DNA of 33,479 bases, from IMG/VR virus record IMGVR_UViG_2531839128_000027; one strand, written 5' to 3'. The first letter of the stretch is position 1. Each line of letters starts with the position of its first letter. A program made the position numbers and the translations under genes. A model generated the notes under the pieces. It was given only the letters and a program-made list of their open reading frames with translations. It was not told the DNA's origin and did not search any database. Positions 1-12,482 of the stretch are shown here, in pieces. The DNA comes from a virus. Its lineage: Duplodnaviria > Heunggongvirae > Uroviricota > Caudoviricetes.

Positions 1-949
1 TAAAATTATGCTTGGCGCAATAACGAGCATAGTTTGAGTTAACTGGCCGCATTAACGGTTCATTTTTCCAGGGCGATGCTTCTTTGGCTTTGATAAAAGG
101 TTGCGCACTTGGATAACCGGCCCAGTAATGCCAGGGTTTTGTCGGGCCGACATAATGAATTAATACGGTTTCATCATTAATTGGACAAACAAATGATTTT
201 TTTAATTCATAATTTAAACTAAATTGCGTATTGTATTTAGCATCAATGAATTTAACTTTCCCTAACAGGATAAGATTAAGGATATCTTGATCCATATAGG
301 TTAAACGGGAAACGATGGCTTTATCAGCAAGCATCGACATCGCTTTAGCAGAAACGGACTCCTGCGCCCACGCTAGTGTATTAATTAACAGGACACCTGA
401 ATTAAAGTAACCCTTTTCAAGTTCATTACACTGCAGACTTTGACCCCGTAACGACCACCAGTTAGCATCGCGTTCAGTAACAACAGCAGCAACGTTATTG
501 GCAAGATCCATTGTTATCAGCGGCTTTAAGTTTCCCTGACAGGCGATATCAGCATCCAGGTAAAGGATCTTATCTTGTTGATCAATAAAGTAATCTGCAA
601 TTACAAAACGGAAATACATGGCAATAGACCAATTTTTGGTCGTCGGTAATGCCTTAAGCCGTTCACAATTTACCAGATGGATCTGGATACAGGTACGATA
701 GCTTTTCGCCAATTGGGCTAAACGCTGGATATCGGCTTCAGGGATATCATCAATAAAAACGTGGAAAACAAAACTCACGTCGTTGTTATGTAACAAAACT
801 GACGTGATTGAAACACCACAACCAAAAAGAAAGTTTTTATCAATGCCATAAGCAACATGGAATGATGATGCCACTGACGCCGCTGGCCTTTCATCGAAGA
901 TGATTGTCTTATTGATCATCTCTTGTGGATTAAAATAGTGGGCACTCAT
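1..949 (-). CDS. LPS outer-core GT8 glycosyltransferase (WaaO/WaaI-like alpha-1,3-hexosyltransferase); C-terminus runs off the window start
   Basis: Hand translation of the minus strand from ATG at 949..947 gives MSAHYFNPQEMINKTIIFDERP...FHVAYGIDKNFLFGCGVS...LDADIACQG, with the DxD motif and overall look of GT8 LPS glycosyltransferases. SD GGAGAG lies upstream. It sits 15 bp downstream of waaP in the same orientation. The ORF track omits it because it is open at the window edge. Confidence 0.8.
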   Translation of the reverse strand, partial: MSAHYFNPQEMINKTIIFDERPAASVASSFHVAYGIDKNFLFGCGVSITSVLLHNNDVSFVFHVFIDDIPEADIQRLAQLAKSYRTCIQIHLVNCERLKALPTTKNWSIAMYFRFVIADYFIDQQDKILYLDADIACQGNLKPLITMDLANNVAAVVTERDANWWSLRGQSLQCNELEKGYFNSGVLLINTLAWAQESVSAKAMSMLADKAIVSRLTYMDQDILNLILLGKVKFIDAKYNTQFSLNYELKKSFVCPINDETVLIHYVGPTKPWHYWAGYPSAQPFIKAKEASPWKNEPLMRPVNSNYARYCAKHNF

Positions 950-964
950 ATTTCTCTCCGGAAA

Positions 965-1762
965 TTACAACGATTTTCGAATCGTTCTTTCCCTGATTTT
1001 TGTGGCTTTTGCTTCTGCTTGCGACAGCAGTCCTTGTTCCAGCTTGAGAATGTCTTTAAGCGGGGCGGCAAAATACACTTTCATAAACCGCCAGATATCC
1101 CGCTGAGTCAGGCCGATATTCATCGAAGAAAAATAAAGCCCAATAAGATCTTTATCGCGCCAACGACGTGGAACGCGCGTGCGAAGCTGCGCCCGGTGCA
1201 GGTCAATTACCGAAATTTTTAACTCCTCTTCCTTACCGGAAAAAGGCAAGTGCAGCAGGAAATGACAGATATAACAGTCACGGTGATTAATGCCCGCAGC
1301 ATGCATATCGCGCACCATCGTCGCGACACGCTTAATAAGCATACGCTTTACGCGAACATCTGGTGGGTTGGTCGCCCAGTCAGCACAGTAATCTTCCAGA
1401 CTTATGGTTGGTGTCAGATCTTCGGTAATAATAAATGAAGTTCTGGTCAGCGGATTCATGCCTTTTTCGCCAAATGCCACCCCATACATAGTATCAACGC
1501 CGACATCCCGCAGTCGATGAATCGCATTCCATTCGCGGTCAGCGCCTAATACTGGCATCCGCAATGAGAGTAAATTTTTGATTATCTCTTTCAGGGTCGT
1601 GCCGCGATGCCATTTGAGAAAATAGCTTTTGCCCGCCATTTCAAAGCGCAGAGTACGGCGAGTTTCCAGTTCACGAAATACCTCACCCTGCAAGGTTTTA
1701 ACTTCCTCAAAAGGATCTTTGCCGCGCCATAACGTGGCAAACGGCTCTTTAAGTTCAACCAT
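965..1762 (-). CDS. waaP: LPS core heptose(I) kinase WaaP
   Basis: ORF track 965..1771 (268 aa) matches WaaP. The conserved protein starts [12 protein letters not shown], so the start is probably the internal ATG at 1762 (265 aa); 1771 is the alternative. It overlaps the 3-prime end of waaG. Confidence 0.92.
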   Translation of the reverse strand: MVELKEPFATLWRGKDPFEEVKTLQGEVFRELETRRTLRFEMAGKSYFLKWHRGTTLKEIIKNLLSLRMPVLGADREWNAIHRLRDVGVDTMYGVAFGEKGMNPLTRTSFIITEDLTPTISLEDYCADWATNPPDVRVKRMLIKRVATMVRDMHAAGINHRDCYICHFLLHLPFSGKEEELKISVIDLHRAQLRTRVPRRWRDKDLIGLYFSSMNIGLTQRDIWRFMKVYFAAPLKDILKLEQGLLSQAEAKATKIRERTIRKSL

Positions 1763-2879
1763 CCAGACCACCCGTTATGATATCCGCCGCTTTCTCTGGC
1801 AGACTGTATAAATCTTGTGTATCAGCATAATGTCGCGCATTTTCCGCCCAAGCCTGGCGCAATGAAGATTGCGTTAACGCTTTGCGTAAAATCTCATTCA
1901 ATGTTTCCTGGCGGAATGGCTCAGCAATAGCCTCGCCGCAATTAGCGTCGACAATATAATGCGCATAGCCACAAACGGCAGTTGTTAGTACCGGTAATCC
2001 TGCAGTAATCGCTTCCAGCAGCACAATTCCCGCCGCTTCCTGGTAGGCAGGATGCAGTAATAAATCCGCCGCCGCCATTAATTCCGAGACATCGTTGCGC
2101 CCCGAGAAGAAGTGAACATTACTGCGCACGCCGCGTTTTTCTGCCAGTGCCTCAAATTTTCGCGGTTTATCCTGCCCAACAACATATAGCAATGTGTTGT
2201 GGCGCAGCGAATCCGGTAACGAAGCAAGTGCTTCAATGGAACGATCGACACCTTTACGCGTGAAGTCTGAACCGACCTGCAACAATAAATATTGTTGTTC
2301 GGTTATTCCATTCTTCTTACGGAAGATTTCACGGCTATTGGCTGGCTGCTGGCTATATTTACGATCAGGATAAATCCCCGGTGGCAGAATATGAAAACGC
2401 TCCGCTTCAGTCTGATAATGTTTCTGGAAATCGGCGATTTGCTTATCTGTCAGCATCAGCAGCTGTGTCGGCTTGCCCTGTTCGAAGGTTGCCCGCTCAA
2501 AGGCGGCATAATGGCGATAACGTGACGTCAGGCGATAGAAAAAGCCTTTTTCCTGCGCTACTTTCTCGGCATAACAAACATCAGCGGCATAATAAACGTC
2601 CAGCCCCGGCATTTTGTTGAATCCAACGACTTTATCGACGGGATGTTCGCGTAAATGTTTTTGCACCCAGGCAAAATACTCCGCATTGCGCCCGTGATTG
2701 GTATGCGATTTAACCGGCACTTTGATCAGTTCAAATACATCAGGGCATTCGCCTTCCCACGACTGGGTATAAACCCGAACATGATGACCTCGGGCGGCGA
2801 CTGTCTGAGCAATACGCATAAAATCACGCTGCAAACCGCCAAAGGGAAAATATTTATATAAACAAAAAGCAACGATCAT
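1755..2879 (-). CDS. waaG: LPS core glucosyltransferase I WaaG (GT4)
   Basis: 374-aa ORF of the same length and sequence character as E. coli WaaG. Its start overlaps the waaQ stop by 4 bp (ATGA-type coupling). Confidence 0.95.
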   Translation of the reverse strand: MIVAFCLYKYFPFGGLQRDFMRIAQTVAARGHHVRVYTQSWEGECPDVFELIKVPVKSHTNHGRNAEYFAWVQKHLREHPVDKVVGFNKMPGLDVYYAADVCYAEKVAQEKGFFYRLTSRYRHYAAFERATFEQGKPTQLLMLTDKQIADFQKHYQTEAERFHILPPGIYPDRKYSQQPANSREIFRKKNGITEQQYLLLQVGSDFTRKGVDRSIEALASLPDSLRHNTLLYVVGQDKPRKFEALAEKRGVRSNVHFFSGRNDVSELMAAADLLLHPAYQEAAGIVLLEAITAGLPVLTTAVCGYAHYIVDANCGEAIAEPFRQETLNEILRKALTQSSLRQAWAENARHYADTQDLYSLPEKAADIITGGLDG

Positions 2880-3934
2880 AACGACGTACCTGTCGTGGAG
2901 GAGGGCAGTAATTTATCGACAGCAGCAATGACATCTGCCGCCGGAATAACCGAAAGATACATCTCATTTCGGTCACGCTGATCGCGCGTTGGCATTTCCC
3001 GGTAATCTCCCGCCCAGAATTGAATCATGTTATTTGACCAGGGACGCCAGAAAATATGGTCTGTCGCACCAAACAGCGATATCAGCGGCGTATTAACTGC
3101 AGCGGCAATATGCGCCGGTGCGGAATCAACGCCAATAAACAGCTGCGCATGATCGATTAACGCACCAAGTTCCGGGAAGGTCACCTTTCCAGCCAGCGCC
3201 GTTACTGGTGGCGTCTGGCATCCCTGCGCAATTTCATTGACGCAGGCCAGATCGTCTTTATCCGGGCCGGACGTCAGAACGACTTCATAACCACGAGCAT
3301 GTAAGGCATCAATCACAGCGGAAAACTTGGCGTTGTCCCAGCATTTGAAGATTTGCCGCGCCGTAGGTTGGATAACCACATAATTTTGTCCAACACCAGC
3401 GTGATCAAGTTCGCGACGCATACGTTTCCAGCTTGCAGGCGGGTAACTCATGGTTGTCTGCTTCACCAACGAATCAAGTCCCAATGGTGTCAGCACGGAT
3501 AAGTTACTTTCCACCACATTTCCACCCTGCAACGGCACCAAATGGGTGAAACTTTTACGCCAAAAAGCAGACTGCCGATGATGATAATCCTGGGAAATTT
3601 TCACACGGGCATTTAATAAGCGAACCAGTATAGCAACCATCCATTGATCGGTAAGATTGACGATAAGGTCATACTTATTGGCACGTAATACCTTGATGAG
3701 ATGAAAAAAGTTGGCAATTTTTTCTGAGGCTTTTGCTTTTTTATTTTTTATGCCGTAGAGCGCGTTAATCTCTGGATTTTCAGACAGGATCGGGATGGTG
3801 TCCTGATAAAGCAGCACATCGATTTTTGCGTCAGGGTAATTTTTTTTCAGCGAACTAATGACGGGAGTAGTTAATAACATATCCCCATGAAAACGCATCT
3901 TAATGAGCAAAATTCTTCGAAATGGCTTATCCAC
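2876..3934 (-). CDS. waaQ: LPS heptosyltransferase III WaaQ (GT9)
   Basis: 352-codon ORF. The codon at 3934 is GTG with an AAGAG SD-like sequence upstream; alternative starts are TTG at codon 9 or ATG at codon 13, so the exact N-terminus is uncertain. First gene of the waaQ operon, divergent from waaA. Confidence 0.88.
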   Translation of the reverse strand: MDKPFRRILLIKMRFHGDMLLTTPVISSLKKNYPDAKIDVLLYQDTIPILSENPEINALYGIKNKKAKASEKIANFFHLIKVLRANKYDLIVNLTDQWMVAILVRLLNARVKISQDYHHRQSAFWRKSFTHLVPLQGGNVVESNLSVLTPLGLDSLVKQTTMSYPPASWKRMRRELDHAGVGQNYVVIQPTARQIFKCWDNAKFSAVIDALHARGYEVVLTSGPDKDDLACVNEIAQGCQTPPVTALAGKVTFPELGALIDHAQLFIGVDSAPAHIAAAVNTPLISLFGATDHIFWRPWSNNMIQFWAGDYREMPTRDQRDRNEMYLSVIPAADVIAAVDKLLPSSTTGTSL

Positions 3935-3983
3935 AAGTAACTCTTTTTGTTGAGATTATCCGATTAAGGTGAAGCAGAAAAAG

Positions 3984-3995
3984 CACGCTACCGCC
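3984..3995 (-). promoter_or_regulatory. ops element (GGCGGTAGCGTG) in the waaQ operon leader, core of the JUMPstart sequence; RfaH recruitment site
   Basis: Plus strand reads CACGCTACCGCC, which is GGCGGTAGCGTG on the minus (waaQ sense) strand, about 50 nt upstream of the waaQ start. This is an exact match to the ops consensus. Confidence 0.85.
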
Positions 3996-4346
3996 CCAGG
4001 CTCAACAGCTACCTGAATACTGATACCGCACTGATATTGACGCGCTAGTGTATCACTTCTTTCGCGGCAATCCGACCCGAATGATTTTTAAGCACATTGT
4101 TGATTTTCAATAAAGAAATCAATCAAATAAAATCATTAGCAACCATATTCTTTCACTGTTGCTCTGCGATTCCTTCCTGCACGTACAGCAGAAATCAATG
4201 AATCGCATAAAAATACAAAAAAAGTATAGATGTTCAGCAAGAATTGGCGGGTAAATTGCTATTTAAGTCAAAAACGGGAAAAGTAATGGTAAAGCCACAG
4301 CTAAATACATAGAATCCCCAGCACATCCATAAGTCAGCTATTTACT

Positions 4347-6111
<1,765 letters not shown>

Positions 6112-6118
6112 CGTTTAT

Positions 6119-6140
6119 GCCGGATGGTATGCCATCCGGC
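6119..6140. terminator. GC-rich hairpin between convergent coaD and mutM (candidate bidirectional terminator)
   Basis: Stem GCCGGATGG (6119..6127), loop TATG, stem CCATCCGGC (6132..6140). Flanking U-tracts are weak. Confidence 0.5.
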
Positions 6141-6149
6141 GCGCATGAA

Positions 6150-6959
6150 TTACTTCTGGCACTGCCGACAATAAAACGTTGCCCGCTGCGCATGTTTAGT
6201 CGCCACAATCGGCGTACCGCACACCCGACACGGCTCGCCTTTTCGCCCGTAAACCTGCAATTCCTGCGCGAAATAGCCCGGTTTACCATCACTTTGCAGA
6301 AAATCTTTCAGCGTTGTACCACCCTGCTCAATCGAACGCAGCAACACCGCTTTAATCACCCGAGCTAACAATTCACACTCTGCCAGCGACAGTGATGACG
6401 CCAGCCGATCCGGATGGATCCCCGCCGCAAACAGTGATTCGCTGGCATAGATATTCCCTACCCCTACCACCAGCTTGTTATCCATCAGCCACGGTTTAAT
6501 CGCCGTTTTTTTCTTCGCGCACTTCTGATGCAGATACTCACCATTGAAATCGTCGCTGAGCGGCTCCGGTCCAAGATGGGCCAGCACATTATGCCCTTCC
6601 AGCTCTTTGGTCCACAGCCAGGCACCAAAGCGGCGCGGATCGGTGTAGCGCAGCACTTTACCGTTGCTCATCACCAAATCCACATGGTCATGCTTTTCAG
6701 GGGGAAGTTCTTCTGGAAGGATGCGCAGGCTGCCAGACATCCCCAAATGAATGATAATCCAGCCCTCAGGCAGCTCCAGCAGCAAATATTTAGCCCGCCG
6801 CTGCACGCTAAGCACTGGTTGGTCGCTTAAACGGTAGATCTCTTCTGAAACCGGCCAGCGCAAGCGTCCGTTGCGCACCACTGCATGAAGAATGGTTGCA
6901 CCAACGAGATGCGGTTCTATGCCGCGACGGCTGGTTTCAACTTCGGGTAATTCAGGCAT
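6150..6959 (-). CDS. mutM: formamidopyrimidine-DNA glycosylase MutM (Fpg)
   Basis: The track ORF is 278 aa, but Fpg begins MPELPEVET with the catalytic N-terminal Pro, which sets the start at ATG 6959..6957 (269 aa). The C-terminal zinc finger CRVCGTPI...YCRQCQ is present. Confidence 0.95.
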
Positions 6960-7010
6960 AGCATCTCCAGGAATGAACAGATGCAATCAATATGGGGGCA
7001 AGCAGATAAC

Positions 7011-7038
7011 AAAAAACCCCGCCGGAGCGAGGTTTTTT
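7011..7038 (-). terminator. intrinsic terminator/attenuator downstream of rpmG, upstream of mutM
   Basis: On the minus-strand transcript: stem CCUCGC, loop UCCG, stem GCGGGG (one G-U pair), then U6. The plus strand shows A6 CCCCGC CGGA GCGAGG T6. Confidence 0.7.
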
Positions 7039-7056
7039 GTTACATCAAAGCGAGAA

Positions 7057-7227
<171 letters not shown>

Positions 7228-7244
7228 TTATTTCCTCTAAGTAC

Positions 7245-7502
<258 letters not shown>

Positions 7503-7626
7503 TTAGCTCGAGCTTCGTATGGGGTATTGGCGCCTCGTCAGGCTTTACAGCCCGGTCATCGCAGTTCTATGTGAACTCTCGATTGCCAGGCCCAAATGCC
7601 AAACCCGAGATTCTCAAAGGTGGCGT

Positions 7627-7655
7627 AGTATACGCTGACTCAGCGATGTGCTCAA
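7627..7655 (-). promoter_or_regulatory. candidate sigma70 promoter for rpmB-rpmG (-35 TTGAGC, 17-nt spacer, -10 TATACT) with a roughly 140-nt leader
   Basis: Minus strand reads TTGAGC-N17-TATACT (plus coordinates: -35 at 7650..7655, -10 at 7627..7632), upstream of the rpmB ATG at 7481. Confidence 0.45.
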
Positions 7656-7697
7656 GTCCCGAACAGACAAAGATCCCGAAGGATCGCGCATAGCGGG

Positions 7698-8372
7698 TTA
7701 AATCCAGCCGCGTTCGGCAAAAGAAACATACTCTCCACGCCCAATCACGATATGGTCGAGCACGCGTAAATCCATGAACTGACAACTCTTTATTATCCGT
7801 TCAGTAATGAGTTTATCCGCTTTACTGGGTTCAGCACAACCCGAAGGGTGATTATGTGCAAGGATCAGCGCCGAGGCGTTTATTTTTATCGCTTCGCGGA
7901 TAATTTCCCGAGGATGGACTTCAACATGGTTTAGCGTGCCGGAAAAAAGTCGGCTATGCGTTATAACCCGGTGTTGTGAGTCGAGAAAGATCACCATAAA
8001 GATCTCCCGCTCCTCACCCGTGAGCTGGCTTTGTAAAAATTCCCGCGTCATCTCCGGGCTGAGTAAAGGGCTTTCTTCACGCATCCGCACGTTGTAGTAA
8101 CGCCGCGCCAGTTCAGCAATCCCCTTTAACTGGGCAAATTTCGCCACGCCAATTCCATGAACGCCACTAAATTGTTCATATTCAGAGGTTAACAAGCCAT
8201 AAAGAGAGCCGAAATTCTCCAGCATCTCTTTTGCCAGGGTTAATACATCTTTACCGCGCGTTCCGGTACGCAGAAATAGCGCCAGCAGCTCGACATCCGT
8301 TAAGGCGCTAATACCAAACTTCAGCATTTTTTCGCGCGGCATCAACAGCTGTGAATTGTTTTTCACCTTCAC
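7698..8372 (-). CDS. yicR: UPF0758/JAB-domain protein YicR (formerly RadC)
   Basis: 224-aa ORF with the RadC-like C-terminal JAB motif ...HNHPSG...; conserved neighbour between rpmB and coaBC. Confidence 0.9.
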   Translation of the reverse strand: MKVKNNSQLLMPREKMLKFGISALTDVELLALFLRTGTRGKDVLTLAKEMLENFGSLYGLLTSEYEQFSGVHGIGVAKFAQLKGIAELARRYYNVRMREESPLLSPEMTREFLQSQLTGEEREIFMVIFLDSQHRVITHSRLFSGTLNHVEVHPREIIREAIKINASALILAHNHPSGCAEPSKADKLITERIIKSCQFMDLRVLDHIVIGRGEYVSFAERGWI

Positions 8373-8537
8373 CTCCTTTGTGGTGCTCGCATCCTGTCAT
8401 AGCCGTTCCGTTAAATCGACGGCCAGTTTTCAATCCTGGAAAGCGCCTCGCAAAGTGATTCTCAGGTGAAGGCACGACAACAAAAGTATTGTGATAAAAT
8501 CGCCAACTTCTGGTGTCACCCAACAGGAAAAATCATC

Positions 8538-9758
8538 ATGAGCCTGGCCGGTAAAAAAATCGTTCTCGGCGTTAGCGGCGGTATTGCTGCCTATAAAACC
8601 CCTGAACTGGTGCGTCGTTTGCGCGATCGCGGGGCCGACGTCCGCGTAGCCATGACCGAAGCGGCAAAAGCCTTTATCACCCCACTTAGCTTGCAGGCGG
8701 TTTCTGGTTATCCCGTTTCCGACAGTCTGCTGGACCCGGCAGCCGAAGCCGCTATGGGCCATATTGAGCTGGGTAAATGGGCTGATTTAGTGATTCTCGC
8801 CCCTGCCACGGCAGATTTGATTGCCCGTGTTGCTGCCGGAATGGCGAATGACCTGGTATCGACGATTTGTCTGGCTACACCTGCGCCTGTAGCCGTGCTC
8901 CCCGCCATGAACCAGCAGATGTACCGTGCCGCTGCCACGCAGCATAATTTAGAGGTGCTTGCTTCCCGTGGTTTGCTCATCTGGGGGCCAGACAGTGGCA
9001 GTCAGGCTTGTGGTGATATCGGTCCTGGGCGAATGCTCGATCCGTTAACCATTGTGGATATGGCGGTAGCGCATTTTTCGCCCGTCAACGACCTGAAACA
9101 TCTGAACATTATGATTACCGCCGGCCCGACGCGTGAACCGCTCGATCCCGTGCGTTATATCTCTAATCACAGCTCCGGCAAGATGGGTTTTGCTATCGCC
9201 GCCGCCGCTGCCCGTCGTGGCGCGAACGTCACGCTGGTATCAGGTCCGGTTTCACTACCGACGCCACCGTTTGTTAAACGTGTTGATGTGATGACCGCGC
9301 TGGAAATGGAAGCCGCCGTGAATGCTTCTGTACAGCAGCAAAATATTTTTATCGGCTGCGCCGCCGTGGCGGATTATCGCGCAGCTACCGTGGCCCCAGA
9401 GAAAATCAAAAAGCAGGCCACGCAGGGTGATGAATTAACAATAAAAATGGTTAAAAACCCCGATATCGTCGCAGGCGTTGCCGCACTAAAAGACCATCGA
9501 CCCTACGTCGTTGGATTTGCCGCCGAAACAAATAATGTGGAAGAATACGCCCGGCAAAAACGTATCCGTAAAAACCTTGATCTGATCTGCGCGAACGATG
9601 TTTCCCAGCCAACTCAAGGATTTAACAGCGACAACAACGCATTACACCTTTTCTGGCAGGACGGAGATAAAGTCTTACCGCTTGAGCGCAAAGAGCTCCT
9701 TGGCCAATTATTACTCGACGAGATCGTGACCCGTTATGATGAAAAAAATCGACGTTAA
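8538..9758 (+). CDS. coaBC: bifunctional phosphopantothenoylcysteine decarboxylase / synthetase CoaBC (Dfp)
   Basis: The track ORF starts at 8466, but the conserved 406-aa protein starts [20 protein letters not shown] at ATG 8538, with AGGAAA upstream. The flavoprotein N-domain and CoaB C-domain are recognisable. Confidence 0.95.
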
Positions 9759-10194
9759 GATTCTGGACCCGCGCGTTGGGAAGGAATTTCCGCTCCCGAC
9801 TTATGCCACCTCTGGCTCTGCCGGACTTGACCTGCGTGCCTGTCTCGACGACGCCGTAGAACTGGCTCCGGGTGACACTACGCTGGTTCCGACCGGGCTG
9901 GCGATTCATATTGCCGATCCTTCACTGGCGGCAATGATGCTGCCGCGCTCCGGATTGGGACATAAGCACGGTATCGTGCTTGGTAACCTGGTAGGATTGA
10001 TCGATTCTGACTATCAGGGCCAGTTGATGATTTCCGTGTGGAACCGTGGTCAGGACAGCTTCACCATTCAACCTGGCGAACGCATCGCCCAGATGATTTT
10101 TGTTCCGGTAGTACAGGCTGAATTTAATCTGGTGGAAGATTTCGACGCCACCGACCGCGGTGAAGGCGGCTTTGGTCACTCTGGTCGTCAGTAA
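9736..10194 (+). CDS. dut: dUTP diphosphatase (dUTPase)
   Basis: 152-aa [21 protein letters not shown]...; the start could be the second ATG at 9739. It overlaps the coaBC 3-prime end by about 20 bp. Confidence 0.95.
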
Positions 10195-10300
10195 CACATA
10201 CGCATCCGAATAACGTCATAACATAGCCGCAAACATTTCGTTTGCGGTCATAGCGTGGGTGCCGCCTGGCAAGTGCTTATTTTCAGGGGTATTTTGTAAC

Positions 10301-10897
10301 ATGGCAGAAAAACAAACTGCGAAAAGGAACCGTCGCGAGGAAATACTTCAGTCTCTGGCGCTGATGCTGGAATCCAGCGATGGAAGCCAACGTATCACGA
10401 CGGCAAAACTGGCCGCCTCTGTCGGCGTTTCCGAAGCGGCACTGTATCGCCACTTCCCCAGTAAGACCCGCATGTTCGATAGCCTGATTGAGTTTATCGA
10501 AGATAGCCTGATTACTCGCATCAACCTGATTCTGAAAGATGAGAAAGACACCACAGCGCGCCTGCGTCTGATTGTGTTGCTGCTTCTCGGTTTTGGTGAG
10601 CGTAATCCTGGCCTGACCCGCATCCTCACTGGTCATGCGCTAATGTTTGAACAGGATCGCCTGCAAGGGCGTATCAACCAGCTGTTCGAGCGTATTGAAG
10701 CGCAGCTGCGTCAGGTATTGCGTGAAAAGAGAATGCGTGAGGGTGAAGGTTACACCACCGATGAAACCCTGCTGGCAAGCCAGATCCTGGCCTTCTGTGA
10801 AGGTATGCTGTCACGTTTTGTCCGCAGCGAATTTAAATACCGCCCGACGGATGATTTTGACGCCCGCTGGCCGCTAATTGCCGCGCAGTTGCAGTAA
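10301..10897 (+). CDS. slmA: nucleoid occlusion factor SlmA (TetR family)
   Basis: The track ORF starts at 10259, but the conserved 198-aa protein starts [17 protein letters not shown] at ATG 10301. TetR-type HTH is present near the N-terminus. Confidence 0.94.
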
Positions 10898-10903
10898 TAT
10901 GAC

Positions 10904-10925
10904 GCCGGATGACTTTTCATCCGGC
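10904..10925. terminator. hairpin between convergent slmA and pyrE (candidate bidirectional terminator)
   Basis: Stem GCCGGATGA (10904..10912), loop CTTT, stem TCATCCGGC (10917..10925), followed by GAGTTTCTTT. Confidence 0.6.
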
Positions 10926-10933
10926 GAGTTTCT

Positions 10934-11575
10934 TTAAACGCCAAACTCTTCGCGATAGGCCTTAACCGCCGCCAGATGTTCCGCCATTTCCGGCTTCTCT
11001 TCCAGATAGGCAATCAGATCTTTCAGGGTGATGATAGAGATCACTTTGCAGTTGTAATCACGCTCAACTTCCTGAATCGCCGAAATCTCGCCGCGCCCCC
11101 GTTCCTGACGATCAAGCGAAATCAATACGCCAGCAAGCGTCGCGCCATTAGCCTGAATAATCTCCATCGATTCGCGAATCGCCGTTCCGGCGGTGATCAC
11201 ATCATCTACCAGCATTACGCGTCCTTGTAACGCGCTACCAACCAGATTGCCGCCTTCACCGTGGTCTTTTGCCTCTTTGCGGTTAAAGCAGTACGGCAGG
11301 TCAAGGTCATGATGCTCCGCCAGCGCCACGGCGGTAGTGGTCGCAATCGGGATCCCTTTGTAAGCAGGGCCAAACAGCAGATCGAACTCAAGGCCGGAAT
11401 CCACCAACGCTTCAGCGTAAAAACGGCCTAACAGTGCCAGATCGCGCCCGGTATTAAACAGCCCGGCGTTGAAGAAATAGGGGCTTTTGCGCCCGGACTT
11501 CAACGTAAACTCGCCAAACTTTAACACCTGCTTGCCAAGCGCAAATTCAATAAACTGGCGCTGATATGGTTTCAT
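10934..11575 (-). CDS. pyrE: orotate phosphoribosyltransferase
   Basis: The track ORF is 218 aa, but the conserved 213-aa PyrE starts [13 protein letters not shown] at ATG 11575. The PRPP-binding motif [11 protein letters not shown] is present. Confidence 0.95.
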
Positions 11576-11607
11576 GCCTTCGCTCCTCATCTTACTTTTC
11601 TACAGAC

Positions 11608-11632
11608 AAAAAAAGGCGACTCATCAGTCGCC
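11608..11632 (-). terminator. pyrE attenuator: intrinsic terminator in the rph-pyrE intercistronic region
   Basis: Minus-strand transcript: stem GGCGACU, loop GAUG, stem AGUCGCC, then U7 (plus-strand A-run 11608..11614), placed between the rph stop (11640) and the pyrE start (11575). This matches the known UTP-sensitive attenuator. Confidence 0.85.
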
Positions 11633-11639
11633 TTAAAAA

Positions 11640-12356
11640 TCAGTTTGCCAGCGCCGCCTTCTGCGTCGCTACAATGGATTCGATTCCCCCTCGGGCCAGA
11701 GCCAACAAGGTGAGTAGCTCTTCATGGGTGAACGGCTCGCCTTCTGCCGTCCCCTGCACTTCAATGATGCGCCCGTCTTCGGTCATCACTACGTTCATGT
11801 CGGTCTCTGCGGCAGAGTCTTCAACGTATTCCAGATCGCAAACCGCTTCGCCGTTCACAATTCCGACAGAAACTGCGGCTACCATCCCTTTCATCGGATT
11901 GGTTTTCAGCTTGCCGTTTTCCACCAGCTTCTGTAGCGCATCTGCCAGCGCCACGCAGGCACCCGTAATCGACGCGGTACGCGTGCCACCATCAGCCTGA
12001 AGCACGTCGCAGTCCAGCGTAATGGTGAACTCACCCAGCGCTTTCAAATCTACTGCCGCGCGAAGAGCACGGGCGATCAGACGCTGGATTTCCATTGTGC
12101 GTCCACCCTGCTTACCTTTCGCCGCTTCACGAGCGTTACGGGTGTGGGTAGAACGTGGCAGCATGCCGTACTCTGCGGTGATCCAGCCCTGGCCCTGACC
12201 TTTCAGGAAGCGCGGCACGCCTTCTTCAATAGAGGCGGTACACAACACTTTGGTATCGCCAAATTCGACCAGCACCGAGCCTTCTGCATGTTTTGTATAG
12301 TTACGAGTCAGGGTAACGGGACGCACCTGATTATTGCTACGGCCTGCTGGACGCAT
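11640..12356 (-). CDS. rph: ribonuclease PH, intact
   Basis: The track ORF is 246 aa; the conserved 238-aa protein starts [14 protein letters not shown] at ATG 12356. The frame is open through ...[11 protein letters not shown], so there is no rph-1-type frameshift. Confidence 0.94.
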   Translation of the reverse strand: MRPAGRSNNQVRPVTLTRNYTKHAEGSVLVEFGDTKVLCTASIEEGVPRFLKGQGQGWITAEYGMLPRSTHTRNAREAAKGKQGGRTMEIQRLIARALRAAVDLKALGEFTITLDCDVLQADGGTRTASITGACVALADALQKLVENGKLKTNPMKGMVAAVSVGIVNGEAVCDLEYVEDSAAETDMNVVMTEDGRIIEVQGTAEGEPFTHEELLTLLALARGGIESIVATQKAALAN

Positions 12357-12482
12357 ATTGAAATCTCCGGCTTGAAACAAATGTGGCTGCGCATTATACG
12401 GACTTCCGGCGGTTATTCCTATCCTGACAAGGCATCGATGGCTATAATCCTTCCACCTCTCCTTTTATAAACAGGAACGTCT

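Noticed and set aside
8373-8537. Possible small gene in the yicR-coaBC divergent intergenic region (frames at 8308..8523 and 8430..8762)
   Set aside because: The frames overlap yicR or coaBC on the opposite strand and lack any SD or start context; the region is better explained as divergent promoters.
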